From positions 1-38,706 of the forward strand of contig MCFE01000761.1 in assembly GCA_002104905.1 (NCBI GenBank): DNA of 38,706 bases. Reading direction: 5' to 3'. Positions 23,282 through 35,505 of this stretch are shown piece after piece (within the stretch, counting starts at the first letter, position 1; every line of letters begins with the position of its first letter). The DNA comes from Basidiobolus meristosporus CBS 931.73. Lineage: Eukaryota > Fungi > Basidiobolomycota. The notes beneath the pieces were generated by a model. The model was not told the DNA's origin, searched no databases, and saw nothing but the letters and a program-made list of their open reading frames with translations. Made by a program: the position numbers and the translations under genes.

Positions 23282-23857
23282 TGTGATGGTGTATAAGTCC
23301 AAGGGAGATATATGTCCACCACTTCTCAAGTGTTTTTTGTGTGGGGTGCTCACTGGGTGCTGTAACCTCTGGCAAAAGCTTGCAAGGAATACTTGTGTTC
23401 TGTCTCTAATCAAATGTGATGGGCAATAAAGTCACAAGCTTGTCAAGGGAAAACTATTGAGCTACAATCCCCAACTTAGTTGGTACCCTAACAGGCATAG
23501 GGTTCACTTTGGGTAGGTAGGTTGGTGTTGTAATCTTGATAATATTGGTAGTCTCTTTTCAATAAGTGGATGATGGCTCAAATCTTCAGGTAAATCTTGT
23601 TGGGTCCTAGGGAGCTTGTATGAACCCCCCACATTAGGTGCCAAATATGGGGTGCTGTATAAGTCCAAAGGAGATATATGTCCAACACTTCTCAAGTGTT
23701 TGTGTGTAGGGTGCTCACTGGGGCAATAACCTCTGGCAAAAGCTTGCAAGGAATACTTGAGTTCTGTCTCTAATCTAATGTGAAGGGGAATAAAGCCACA
23801 AGCTTGTCAAGGGAAAACTATTGAGCTACAATCCCCAACTTAGTTGGCATCTTAACA
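23282..23857 (-). mobile_element. Tiny LTR-LTR unit: two LTRs of about 210 bp (23282..23492, 23648..23857) around 155 bp carrying a tRNA-Lys-type PBS
   Basis: Direct repeats about 90% identical by eye, with TG..CA ends. The minus strand reads TGGCACCTAATGTGGGGG 4 nt after the LTR end. No PPT or TSD is seen. Confidence 0.7.
23626..23643 (-). promoter_or_regulatory. Primer-binding site, tRNA-Lys(CUU) type
   Basis: 14 of 18 positions match the known Lys1,2 PBS TGGCGCCCAACGTGGGGC; two of the differences are CpG transitions. Confidence 0.65.
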
Positions 23858-23930
23858 AAAGTATGTGCTGGGTTCAGCATCCTTTGAGATGACAATGTAC
23901 TAAAGCTTCCAAAGTCAAAACAACTGCCCT

Positions 23931-25868
23931 GTGGACATTGTGTCCATTGAAGGTAATAATGCGGACTCCTCAGGCCTTCAGTCAAGTAGGCAATTGAGAA
24001 CCACTGTGGAGCCACAAGCTGACCATTATGCTCAGGCAGATGAGAATGCAACAAATGCAGTACCCTCTGTTGAAGATCAGCAAGTGGCCATGATAACATC
24101 ACCACCACCCATATTAGCAAGTATGTTGTCAGCTCATACCAAAGCATTAATGAAGCAATTAGGTGCAGTGACTGATAGGATAGATGCAATGGCCCAGAGA
24201 AATCAGGAAGTAGTGCAGAAACAGGATGAGTGGATAATATATGTAGAGCAATCAATATCCCAGGTAGAGAAAGCAGTATCTTTGTTGCAAAGAAGGAACT
24301 CAAGTAGCTCAATGTCACAGCCAAGAATTGAGCCATTTCCCAATGTAACAGCAGAGACACACCATACAGTCTTTGAAGCACAACAACAGTGCCCAAAGAT
24401 AAAGCCCACAGAAAAACCTATCACAGAGTGTGAGGGAGACAATATGGTGTTTTTGCCAAATCCTAAAAATCAAAAGACATTGAAGATCTGTGAAGCCATT
24501 GAGTGCAATAATTAAGAGTGGGCTAATATACAAGAGGCCATCAGAAGTCTAGCATGCCATCACCTTAAGGCCAGCATACCATGAGACCATCAGGAACTCA
24601 AGGCCAAGCAAAATGCACTTGGCTTGTTCCATAAGCATTATCCTGGATTCAAATGGGAAAACAGATTTTGGGCCAGCATTGATATGCAAAGAAAGTATCT
24701 TAAGAATAGCAGAAATTATCAAAGGCAGAAGAACAAGGGTGCCATGGCTAAAAACCAGCAGCTTCCTCAAGAGCCTGTTACAAGCAGGGCCAAGAGCTGC
24801 AGACAAGCATTGAAGAGTTGTCAGGCAGCTAGAAGAGTGCCAATTAAGGACAAGCAGGCAAACATGGATGCACCAGCACAACATTTATCATGGAAAAAGC
24901 GTAGTACCACTCAAGAAGCACCCAGTCAAAGTAGCAGTGAAGGACCTGGCAGTGATAAAAACCAGCCGCTTTTACAGGAGCCCGTCACAACTACGGTTGA
25001 GAGCTCAAAACAAGCTCAAAAGAAACGTCAGGTTACCAGAAGAATGCCAGCAAGGTACAAGCAGGGCAAAACAGATGCATCAGAGCAGATTTTATCCAGG
25101 AGAAAACATAGTTATTTACAAGTAGCGCTCAGACAAAGTAGTAGTGAAAGACCGGGCAGTAATAAAGAAAAAGTTAAAGGGAAAAAAGTCTACCCAAGCC
25201 TGACACAGGGAGGCATGCAAAAAAAACTGCAGTTATTGCCAATAAACACCACAACCAGGAACATACTGAATCCCATCATAGCCAAGAAGAATTACCAACA
25301 AAAAAACAGCTGTTTTCACAAGAGTTGGAAGCGCAGCCAGTTGAGCTACACTCCAGCAAGGTAGATGAGTTTGCTGAAAAAGGCAACTTTGTCTACCACA
25401 GCCTCCACAACCTCCACAGCCTCCATTATTGAGAGAGTGGAGATCCCACTGACAGACAAGGCTACAACATCAAGAGCTTGAAAGACTATCATAATGCCTT
25501 CAGTGGAGTTTTGGAACATTAATAGGCACACCAAGAGGTTGCAGCACTTCATCAAGAGCAGTGCTCAAGAAAACGCACTGAAATATTCCAAGGATTTATT
25601 GCAAAGACTGGCAGAAGAGGTGCTAGACCATGCAGTGCCGGCTGAAGACCAGGATGTGTGGGAACCAGTGAATGAACAGTCGCATAAAGCTGTTGGGTTT
25701 CTGCCAAAGTTGTGGAACCAGAGCGTTACAGCAGAAATACTTATTGAGTGGTGGATTTTAATGGAGTTACTTGTTGAGTGTGGGGTTGGGCTTAATGTTA
25801 GTGTAGGGTGTAGCAGCTTGTATTGGTCAATACAATTGGCAATTGAGGTACAACTGAAGTTTCAATAG
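23931..25868 (+). pseudogene. CMC second gene, unassigned protein (coiled coil, helical domain, two 69-aa repeats, C-terminal region)
   Basis: ORFs 23931..24515 and 24624..25364 are in one frame, broken only by TAA 24513 and TGA 24582, which are sense codons in the copy at 34430..34813. A further coding block runs to 25868. Confidence 0.7.
24750..25163 (+). repeat. In-frame 207-bp (69-aa) tandem duplication
   Basis: KNQQLPQEPVT...QSSSEGPGSD followed by KNQPLLQEPVT...QSSSERPGSN. Confidence 0.85.
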
Positions 25869-26204
25869 AAATATATCAGCTCACACGCATGAAAAGTAAG
25901 AAAAATGGTTGAGTCAGGAAGTAAGGAGTGTGAGAAGAGGTAATAGCCAATCAATTCACACAAATGTAGGAGGTGATAGAGTGTCTGGGATCAGAAAGTG
26001 AGCAAATTGGCAGGGAACCAATCAAGAGCCACTTATACACTGTTGTGATGAAAAATTTTGAAAAAGTTTTTTGTGAAATCTGGGGTGCAATTATTTTTCA
26101 GCGGTCTCTGGATGGTGTCCTGACAAGATCAGTACCTCTTAGTCACAGGACATTAACCTTGTGATGGCCTTTTGATGGGTTCATCTCAATAATTTTTCAT
26201 AGAG

Positions 26205-26541
26205 GCTAAGTTGAATCCTGGAATACTTTTGGCAAGATGTGGGAGTATGTCCTCAAGGCCCCTATTGGTGATGTTTGTAGAAACATGCCACTTCTCTAGC
26301 CACAATATCACATTATTCACCAGTAGCTGGATTCCTGGGCTCACTTGGCTCCATAAGGTTTCCTTGCCACTTTATACATGAGTGTTGTTTCATTGCATAC
26401 AGGGATTTTGCCAGGCTCATACCGGGTATTGTTATTGGGTGAGATAGGCTGTCAATCCACCAGTGAGCCTTCTTCTTCAGAGCTATCACTCTCAGTACCA
26501 TACTTAGAAGGCCAAGGTGAGCATGAAGGTGCCACAAACTC
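26205..26541 (-). pseudogene. Fragment of the 5' region of a CMC transposase gene
   Basis: About 70-75% identical by eye to 11168..11503 (shared CCACTTCTCTAGCCACAA and CAGAGCTATCACTCT). Confidence 0.8.
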
Positions 26542-27780
26542 AGGTTTAGTAAATATGTCTACTAACATTTCACCTGTAGGATAGTAAACCAGACGGCTAA
26601 CTTATTCTCTACAGCTCCCCATATCAAGCCATATCAATAACTGTTGTGCTTAGTTTAAGCATGAAAGCATGGACTTATAAGTATCTAGGTATCTGCTGAA
26701 CTGCTGAAATACAAACTGATCCATAGTTCTGATTATCCTGGCTGACAACTCCCACTAAGCATGAGATTTCTGGAAATGTTCCTAACACAATATGTGTCAA
26801 ATTGCTGACTGCATATTGGTGAGAGAAGCCTGGGCTTGCAGAGAGTACCAATTGGACTTGATTAGGTTTAGCTTTGACCAAGTTAATGTTTGTCTCCATA
26901 GAGGTAGCTGCCAATTTTCAGTTGGCCACTTTGTACTTCCATAGTATATTTTAAATCTACTTAGGCTGTCCTGAGATAATAGTCTGGGCATCTCTGTTGA
27001 TGTGAAAGTGTATTTGTAACCAGCAACTGTTCTTTCCTAGATTGGCTGTTTGGACTTCATAGATAGGGGTGAGGCAATCACTTTAGAATTTTCTTGGTCA
27101 TTGGTTGCTTCAAAAAGCTCATCCACATATAGAGCAATTAGAGCCAGGTTTGCTTTATTTAGCTTATTATTGATACCACTGCCACTAGTACCTAGCTGAA
27201 GGCCAAGGATCTCTACATTCAAAGCTATCTTCAATTCCAGGCTCCAAGTGAATGTCTGAAACCATATAGTGACTTTTTATCCCTACAGCTCAATAAGGGG
27301 CCTTCTTGGTCAGCCTAAACTTTAGGCTAGTCTATATACAAATCCTTATCAAGTTTCCCATTCTAAAAAGCCTTTTTACACCCATCTGATGAGTGATAAA
27401 CTCATATTTAGCTGCAATAGTAACTATAGCCATTTGTAGCCTGCTAGAATTAAGCTTGGCTACTGGTGCAAAGGTCTTAGTATAGTGCAGTTCAGTTGTT
27501 TCAGAGTAGGCAGTGGCCATAAGTCTTCCTTGTTATATATCATTTTTACCATCAGCTTTGTATAATATGTTGGCAACCCACCTGCATCCTGCTGATTTAA
27601 GTTGATTGTTAACTTAAACAAGTCCTATATTTGATTTTCCACCAGAGCCTGATACTCCTCAGTCATTCTAGATCTCTAAAGCCTTGTCCAAGATCTATCA
27701 GGGCCTCCCCTACTATCTGAGGCTCATCAATGTAGACTGGATAGCATAGGTTAAGGTTGTACATTTACTGATATAGTAAC
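26542..27780 (-). pseudogene. Copia family C internal fragment (RT-RNase H), heavily decayed
   Basis: MTEEYQALVENQ, YTKTFAPVAKLNS, HQMGVK, LALYVD and DIFTKP motifs. Confidence 0.85.
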
Positions 27781-28595
27781 CATTGTCAGAGTCTTGGAGG
27801 TACTGGAAGTAATTGGGAGTACAGGTGATTATGTGGTTTTCTTGATGATTTATTAAATGAAAAAGTAGTGCTTATACTTTTACATGGTCTTGGCATAGCA
27901 AACACACAACATAGGCTTAAGAAGGTCCCAAGAACATCTGTGCAAAGTTTGGGCTGTTTGGACAACTTTGTGAGTTTTCATGTTTTTGATACCTTATACT
28001 TTTGTGAAAATATTCCAAGAGAGTCCCAACAGCAAACTTGGTCATTATTCTCTAAGACATGTAGGTGACAATCTAAGTAACTAAATTAGGTGAATATTTA
28101 GGTGGAATTGCAAGCTTTTACAACACCCCTGCTCTACTAAATGCTCATACTGACTAGTCCTAATTTTGACATAAAATATTCAAATTTGTCTCTAACTAAT
28201 GCTTTGGTAATATGTCAGCAATCATCTCACCTATAGGACTGTAGAAAAGCTCACTAATTTACTCTCATTGCTTCACATAAAATATGATGTCTAATATATA
28301 TGTGTCAAGTTCTTGCATGAAAAGTTGGACTCCTACCTGATTATATATACCCTTGGTTATCTTATTGTGAAGGTATGGGCATTTTTTTACATAACCCTAA
28401 ATCTGAAAAAGCTGTTGTAGCCACACTTCTTCTTTAGTAGCTTCTCAGGCTGCCATATGGTCTCCCTCTGTGGCACAAAGTGCTATGGTTGATTGCTTTT
28501 TGAATTCCATGAAATTGCTCCTTTGAAGTGAAGTGAAGTATATGTTGTAGTGGATCATCTGTCTTCCAGGCTTTGTCCCCAATCAACATCAGAGT
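27781..28595 (-). mobile_element. Copia family C 3' end: 3' LTR 27781..28125 plus RNase H 28126..28595
   Basis: The LTR aligns with 28596..28943 and 35506..35854. A purine run precedes it on the minus strand. RNase H SDVDWG..DR.STT is cut at 28595. Confidence 0.85.
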
Positions 28596-31500
28596 TGTTG
28601 TAAGTGATAGCTGACATTGGAAGTGATTTGGAGGACAAGTAGATTACATGGTTTTCACTTAATGATTTAATGAATGTAAAAGTAGTATTAGCACTTTTAC
28701 ATGATTTTGGCACAACAAACATGTTGAATAGGTCTATTAAGGTCCCAAAAACATGTGAGCAAAGGTTGGGGCTGTTTGGACAGCTTTGAGTATTTTCATT
28801 TTCTGGATACCTGGTATTTTGGCAAGAAGATTTTAAGTAAATCCCAATTAGGAATTTGGTCAGTATTCTCTAGCATTTGAAGGTAGTGATCTAAGTGACT
28901 AAGCTTGGGGGGTACTTAGGTGCGATTACCAATCTTTACAACACTCCCACTTAGCTAAATCCTCATACCAACTAGTCCTATTTTGGCCTTATATATTGAA
29001 ATTTGTCCCTAGATGATGGTTTGGTAAATATGACTACAATCATTTCATCTTAAGGACAGCAGACTAAGCTAGCTAAGTTATTCTCTATAGCTTCATGAAT
29101 AAAATAATGTCTAATATCTATGTGCTTAGTTCTAGCATGAAGAGTTGGATTTTTACCAATCATATACATCCTTGATTATCTTGATATAAAGTAATAAGCA
29201 TTTTTTGACATTGGCCAAAATCTGTAAGAGGCTTCATTAACCAAGTTTGCTCTTTTGTTGCTTCACAGACTGCCATAAAATCTGCCTCTGCGGTGGAAAT
29301 TGCTACAGATGGTTGCTTGCTTAAATTCCATGAAATTACTTCTTGGCAGCAAAGAATGGTGTAACCTGTTGTGGATCTTCTCTCTTCTAAATTTTTTCCC
29401 CAGTTAACATCAATGTATGCCACAAGATCCTGTTCTGGATACTTTTAAGTGTATCTTGAACAAATATCAGCATTTCCTTTTAAGTGTCTAAAAATCTGCT
29501 TAACTGCTGCAATATGATCCAATCCATAGTTCTGATTATACTGGCTGACCACTCCCACTGAAAATAAGATAGCTGAATGTGTTCCAAGCACAATATACAT
29601 CAGACTGCTAGCCATATACTGATAGGTATGGTCAGGGCTTACAGATGGCACCTAGCTCTCTTGATTTGGTTGACCAAGTCAAAGTTTGTCTCCATTGGGG
29701 TAGCCGCTGGTTTACAGTCTTCCATCTGGTACTACATTAGTATATCCTGAATACACTTCAATTGGCCAAGGGTGATAGTCTGGGTACTACTGTCTCTGGA
29801 GAGCTTTATTCCTAAGTTGTAACTGAGTTCTCCTAGATCAGACATCTTACACTCTTTAAATAGGCTGGATCTAGTCTCTTCCATTGTTTCTAGGTTATTG
29901 GTGGCCATAATAAGATTATCCACATATAGAGCTAATAGAACTGGATTTGCTTTATCTGGCTTATAGTATATACTATAGCCAGAATTACTCCTTTTGAAAC
30001 TCAAAGATTGCAAGTAAGAATCTGTCTTGCAATTTCAGGCTCTTCATGATTGCTTCAGACCCTAGGGAGATTTTTTAAACTTGCAGACCAAATGGTGGTT
30101 ATCTTGGTCAGCACACCCATCTACATCCAATTGATTTATGGTTGACTAGTAATATGACTAAGTCCCAAGTTTGATTTTCCATCAGTACCAGATACTCCTC
30201 AGTCATTGGAGATCTCCAAGCCTTGTCTGAGGGCTATTGAGGGCCTCTTTTACAGTCTGGGGCTCTTTAATATGGACTGAATAGGCATAGGCTAAGTTTG
30301 TACCCTCATTAATATAGTAATATAGGCTATTTCTAATCTGGTTGGATCTCCTGCCACTTGGTACTGGAATGATAACTTCTGAGACACTCCTGGGCACCAA
30401 TTGAGGCTGAACCATGGTTGTAGAGTCCTCTTGAGTGAAAAAATATTTGTTGTTTTGCTCTTATTTAATCCTGACAATTGGTAGACTTGAGCTCAAATTC
30501 TTTTCATCATTAGAGGTCATTTTTTGTGGGTATTTGGGCTTTCATTGAGCAAAATATCCCTGGACTTGATCAGCTTCTTTGATTAGGTACTTTACAGTCT
30601 GTATGCTTTACTCTCACTGCAGTAGCCCAAATATATTCATTTGGACTTTTTGGCTCAAATTTTGGCTGATTTCAGGCAACTTCTTGGCATATGCTGTGCA
30701 CCCATATATTCTTAGATGTTTGGCGCTTTGTCTGTATCTAAACTATATTTCAAATGGAATACAATTACAGAGTATTGTGTCAGAACTCCTATATCTAAGG
30801 TATACAGTTGTGGCAACTAATTCTGCCTAAAAATCATAGAATAATTTTTGATCATGGATCATTGATCATGCCATATCAGTTATTGATCTGATTGCATGTT
30901 TGGCTACTCTATTTTGCTGTAGGGAGTACGGTACAGAAAGCTCTTGCTTAATCCCGTGAATTTTGCAGAAGTGGATGAAGAGTTTTGAGGAATATTCTCC
31001 GCCAATGTAAGAGCATATTTTCTTGATTTTTCACCAGTTTCTCTCTCTACCATGGCTTTAAGCTCCTTGGACTTAGACAGAACATCTTGCTTTCTCTCCA
31101 TGAAGTAGATCCATATGTATCTTGTATAATCATCAATAAAAGCAATTAAATACTTCAACCCACCTAAGGATAAGCTTTGCATATGTCTACACAGATCTAA
31201 GTGAATTAGATCTAATGTTTTCTTAGTTTTGTTTAGCCCAGAGCTCTTAAATGATTGTCTGGCTTGTTTCCCATATATGCAGGCCTCACAGTGCTCTAAA
31301 TTAGCTGGTGGATCAATTTTTACTCCAGAAATTAGCTGATCTTTGATCATCTTTTGCAATTGATCAAAGTCAATTTGTTCAGGTCTCCCATGCCAAAGCA
31401 TTGGTGTTTCTTCATTTAAGTTACTTATATTGGCTTACAGATATGATGCAATATCAGTCAGCTTGTATAGATTCTGATCTTTGATATCCAAAGCAATATG

Positions 31501-32324
31501 AGCACCATTTTGATCACTGATCCTGTATCCAGAATTGTCAAAGCTTAAACTGAGTTCTTCTGCAGTGGTCTTGCATACAGATAGTAGGTTCTTTGCTATT
31601 TCTGGTACATACAATAACTCTTTAAAGGTCAGTGTATGGCCTTTTTACTGCTTCCAAGGCTTACTTGGATGGTTCCTTCTCACATTGCATCAAGGTTGTA
31701 TTGTCACCCATGAAAACCTTCTTAATTAGAATTTCTTGATATCCAATAAGAGGTTATTTTGGAGTGTAAAGTGTTGAGATGCTCTAGAGTCAATGTACTA
31801 CATCTGAGAATCTTATTTTATGGTCATATTTAGTGCAAACATGAATAGTGTATCTTCTGCTATTGCAGCATTTCTATTTTCTGGCATTTGCCAATTATCT
31901 CTCTTTTTGAGGCACCTGTCTAATGAGTGACCTTTCCTTTTGTAGTAGTTGCAAAGCAGGTTGCTGATGCCTTTAAAGGGTCTTGAGTATCTCATTTGTT
32001 GGTTAGCATTGCTTCTTAAAGCATTTCTTTTTCCTACTTATTGGTGTTTGATTTTCTCAATTCTGCATCCCCAAGCCTTCCATTTTTGAAATATAAGGCT
32101 AATTCTTCAGTTGTGAACTCTAGGGCTGATACAAGGCCCTGTAACCTATCTGTCAGGTTATTCAGGATGGTAGCCATCACATCCTCATCAGTAGTTGGTA
32201 CACCCACAGATTACATCTCATCCACCAGCAGGGTATTCTGTTAATTAGATTTTTCATTTCTTCTCCTGTCAGCATCCATGTAGTAAAGCATTTTTGTCTA
32301 AGATATATTAACTTAGCAGCTGAA
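28596..32324 (-). mobile_element. Copia family C element: 3' LTR 28596..28943, PPT, RNase H, RT, integrase, protease, part of gag; cut by a CMC insertion
   Basis: YIDVNWG..ERRSTTGY, LALYVDNL, integrase ORF 30904..31401 (IHLDLC..FIDDYTRYIW), zinc knuckle CNYYKRKGHSLDRC, and gag GSAAKLIYLRQK ending at 32324. Confidence 0.92.
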
Positions 32325-35300
32325 CCCCTATGAAAAATTATTTTGATGATCCTGTCAAAAGGCCATCACAAATTTAAAGTCCTGTGAATAAGTGGTATTG
32401 ATCCCATCAGGACACTGTACAGAGACCATTGAAAAATAATTGCACCCCAGATGTCACAAAAACTTGGTCAAATTTTTTCATCACAACAATATATAAGTAG
32501 CTTTTGATTGGGTCCCCGCCAATCTGCTCACTTTCTGCTCCCAGGCACTCCATCACCCCCTATGTTTGTGTGCATTGATTTGCTATTGTCTCTTTTTCAC
32601 ACTTATTACTACCTGACTTAACCCTTTCTCTTACTTTTCATGTGTACAAATTGATTCATTTCTGTTGAAATTTCAGTTGTACCTCAATTGCCAATTGTAT
32701 TGACCTATGCAATTCTCTTTACCCTACACTAACATTAAGCCCAACCCCACACTCAACAAGTAACTCTACTAGAATCCACCACTCAATAAGTAATTCTGCT
32801 GTAATGCTCTGTTTCCATGACTCTGGCAGGAACCCAACAGCTTTATGCCACTGTTCATTCACTGGTTCCCACACATCCTGCTCTTCAGCTGGCATAGCAA
32901 GATCTAGCATCTCATCTGCTAGTCATTGCAATTAATCCTTGCAATATTCAAGTGCATTTTCTTGAGCACTGTGCTTGAAGAAGTGCTGCAACCTCTTGGT
33001 GTGCCTATTAATGTTCCAAAATTCCACTGAAGGCAATGTGATAGTCTTTAGAGCTCTTGACATTGTAGCCTTGTCTGTCAGTGGGATATCCACTCTGTCA
33101 AGAATGGAGGATGTGGAGGCAGTAGTAGACAAATGGCCTTTTTCTGCAAACTCATCCACCTTGCTGAAGTGTAGCTCAACTGGCTGCACTTCCAACTCTT
33201 GTAAAAACAGCTGTTTTCTTATTGATAATTCTTCTTGGATATGATAGGATTCTGTCTATTCCAGGCTTGTGGTGTTAATAGGCAAGTAATGCAGTTTTTT
33301 CTTCATGCTTGCCTCTCCCAGGCTGGGGTAGACATATTTCCTGTTACCTTTTCCTTTATCTCTGACAGGTCATTAGACTTGTTCTGTTGGATAGTGCCAC
33401 ATTGAGCCATGAGTGCCAAATGATGCCATTGTGTGCCAGAGAGGCCAAGTGAGCCTATACTTGGCCACAGAGTGTGAAACATGTATCTGCATCTTCATGC
33501 AAAGCAGCCCCTGTGTTTCACCTGTGATGCAGGAGAAAATCCATTTTTTGATGTTTTTTTGTGGATCAATGTTATGCAGGATGTGTAAGAGCACAGAAGA
33601 ACTGAAGACATGCATCAGGTACCCAATACCCATGGCACTCTGAATCTAGCTCCTGTGGCTTGTAACAAGTCACAACAATGCATGGCACTATCTTGGTCCA
33701 CTGGTACTATCTGGCACTATAAGTGCTTTGTATAGATCTTACTTTAGGGCTAATAATTAAATATAGTGCCAGATAGTACCAGTGGACCAAGATAGTGCCA
33801 TGCATTGTTGTGACTTGTTACAAGCCACAGGAGCTAGATTCTGAGTGCCATGGGTATTGAGTACCAAATGCATATTTTCAATCCTTTTGTGCTCTTACAC
33901 ATCCTGCACAACATTGACCTAAAAAAAAAGGTCAAAAAATGGATTTTCTCCAACACAATGGGTGAAACACAGGGGCTGCTTTGCATGAAGATGCAGAGCT
34001 ATGTTTCACACACTGTAGCCAGGTATAGGCTCACTTAGCCTCCCTGGCACACTATGGCATCATTTGGTAATCATGGCTCAATGTGGCACTATCCAACAGA
34101 ACAAGTCTATTAACTACTACTGTGTCTCAGTGCTTCTTGTAATCAACTATGTTTTCTCCTTGATAGATTCTGCTCTAGCGTATCTGTTTTGGCCTGCTTG
34201 TTCCTTGCTGGCACTCTTCTGGCAACCTTACACTACTTTTCCAGTTGTTTTGAGCTCTCAACTGTAGTTGTGTCAGGCTCCTGTAAAAGCCACTGGTTTT
34301 TATCATAGCCAGGTCCTTCACTTCTACTTTGACTGAGTGCTTCTTGAGTGATACTATGCTTTTTCCTTGATAAATGTGGTGCTGGTGCATCTATGTCTGC
34401 CTGCTTGTCCCTAATTGGCACTCTTCCAGCTACATGAGGTCTCTTTGACACTTGTCTGGAGCTTTTGGCCTGGCTGGTAACAGGCTCTTGAGGAAGCCAC
34501 CGGCTTTTAGCCATGACACTCTTGTTTTTCTGCCTTTGAAAATTTCTGCTATTCTTAAGATACTTTCTTTGCATACCATTGCTGGCCCAAAATCTGTTTG
34601 CCCATTAGAATCCAGGATAATGCTCATGGAACAAGCCAATGCATTTTGCTTGGCCTTGAGTGCCTGATGGCCCCATGGTATGCTGGCCTTAAGGTGATGG
34701 TGTGCCAGACTTCTGACAGCCTCCTGAATGTTAGCCCATTCTTCATTATTGCACTCAATGGCCTCACAGAGCTTCAATGTCTTTTGATTTTTAGGCTTTG
34801 GTATAAACACCACATTGTCTCCCTCTCACACTGTGATAGGTTTCTCTATGGGCTTTATCTTTGGGCACTGTTGTTGTGCTTGAATGACTACACAGTGGTC
34901 CTCTGCTGTTACATTGGGAAATGGCTCAATTCTTGGCTGTGACATTGAGCTACTCAAGTTCCTTCTGTGCAGCAAAGATACTGCTTTCTCTACCTGGGAT
35001 ATTGATTGCTCTGCACATATTTTCTGCTTATCCTGTTTTTGGACTATTTCCTGATTTCTCTGGGCCATTGCATCGATCCTATCAGCCACTGCACCTAATT
35101 GCTTCATTAATGCTTTGGTATGAGCGGACAACATACTTGCCAATATGGGTAGTGGTGATGTTATGACAGCCACTTGCAGGTCTTCAGCTGAGGGTACTAC
35201 ATTTGCTACACATACAACTGCCTGAGCATAATGGTTAGCGTGTAGCTCTGCAGAGGTTTTCAATTTCTTACTTGACTGAGAGCCTTAGGAGTCCTCATTT

Positions 35301-35505
35301 TTACCTTCAGTGGGCACACTGTCAACATGGCCTTTTTTGGATGCATCCCTGCTTGTTGCACTGAATGTCAAAACAAGCTGTTGTCCAGCTGTTCTTCTGC
35401 TGCTGCCAGTGGAGGGGATTGGTTGGGAACCAGTCAGCTTTGTTTTATTTTCTGGCAGCATATATATGGAAGTGAGTCAAACCAAAGGGGAAATAGTGTT
35501 ACATA
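32325..35505 (-). mobile_element. CMC right part, copy 3 (second gene on the minus strand), interrupted by a MITE and by the copia at 35506
   Basis: Starts CCCCTATGAAAAATT. ORF pieces 32719..33195, 34233..34813 and 34826..35263 match the second gene. Confidence 0.85.
33375..34108. mobile_element. Foldback MITE (734 bp) of the PHIS family: arms of about 347 bp, 40-bp spacer, ATT TSD
   Basis: Both ends read AGACTTGTTCTGTTGGATAGTGCCACAT (27 of 28 identical to the PHIS right end). ATT lies on both flanks. The paralog at about 25135..25155 is the empty site. Confidence 0.93.

Larger units (their letters stand above)
23930..26204 (+). mobile_element. CMC right part (second gene plus right end), copy 2
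   Basis: Colinear with 12270..13649 and with the reverse complement of 32325..35330. Ends ...ATTTTTCATAGAGG. Confidence 0.8.

Noticed and set aside
23282-23857. DIRS/Ngaro split direct repeats or a simple tandem repeat
   Set aside because: TG..CA ends and a PBS next to one repeat favour LTRs, and no tyrosine recombinase remnant is present.
23818-24396. 192-aa minus-strand ORF and similar ORFs (16684..17040 +, 34598..34942 +, 25346..25555 -)
   Set aside because: These are antisense shadows of TE coding frames and are not conserved as ORFs between copies.
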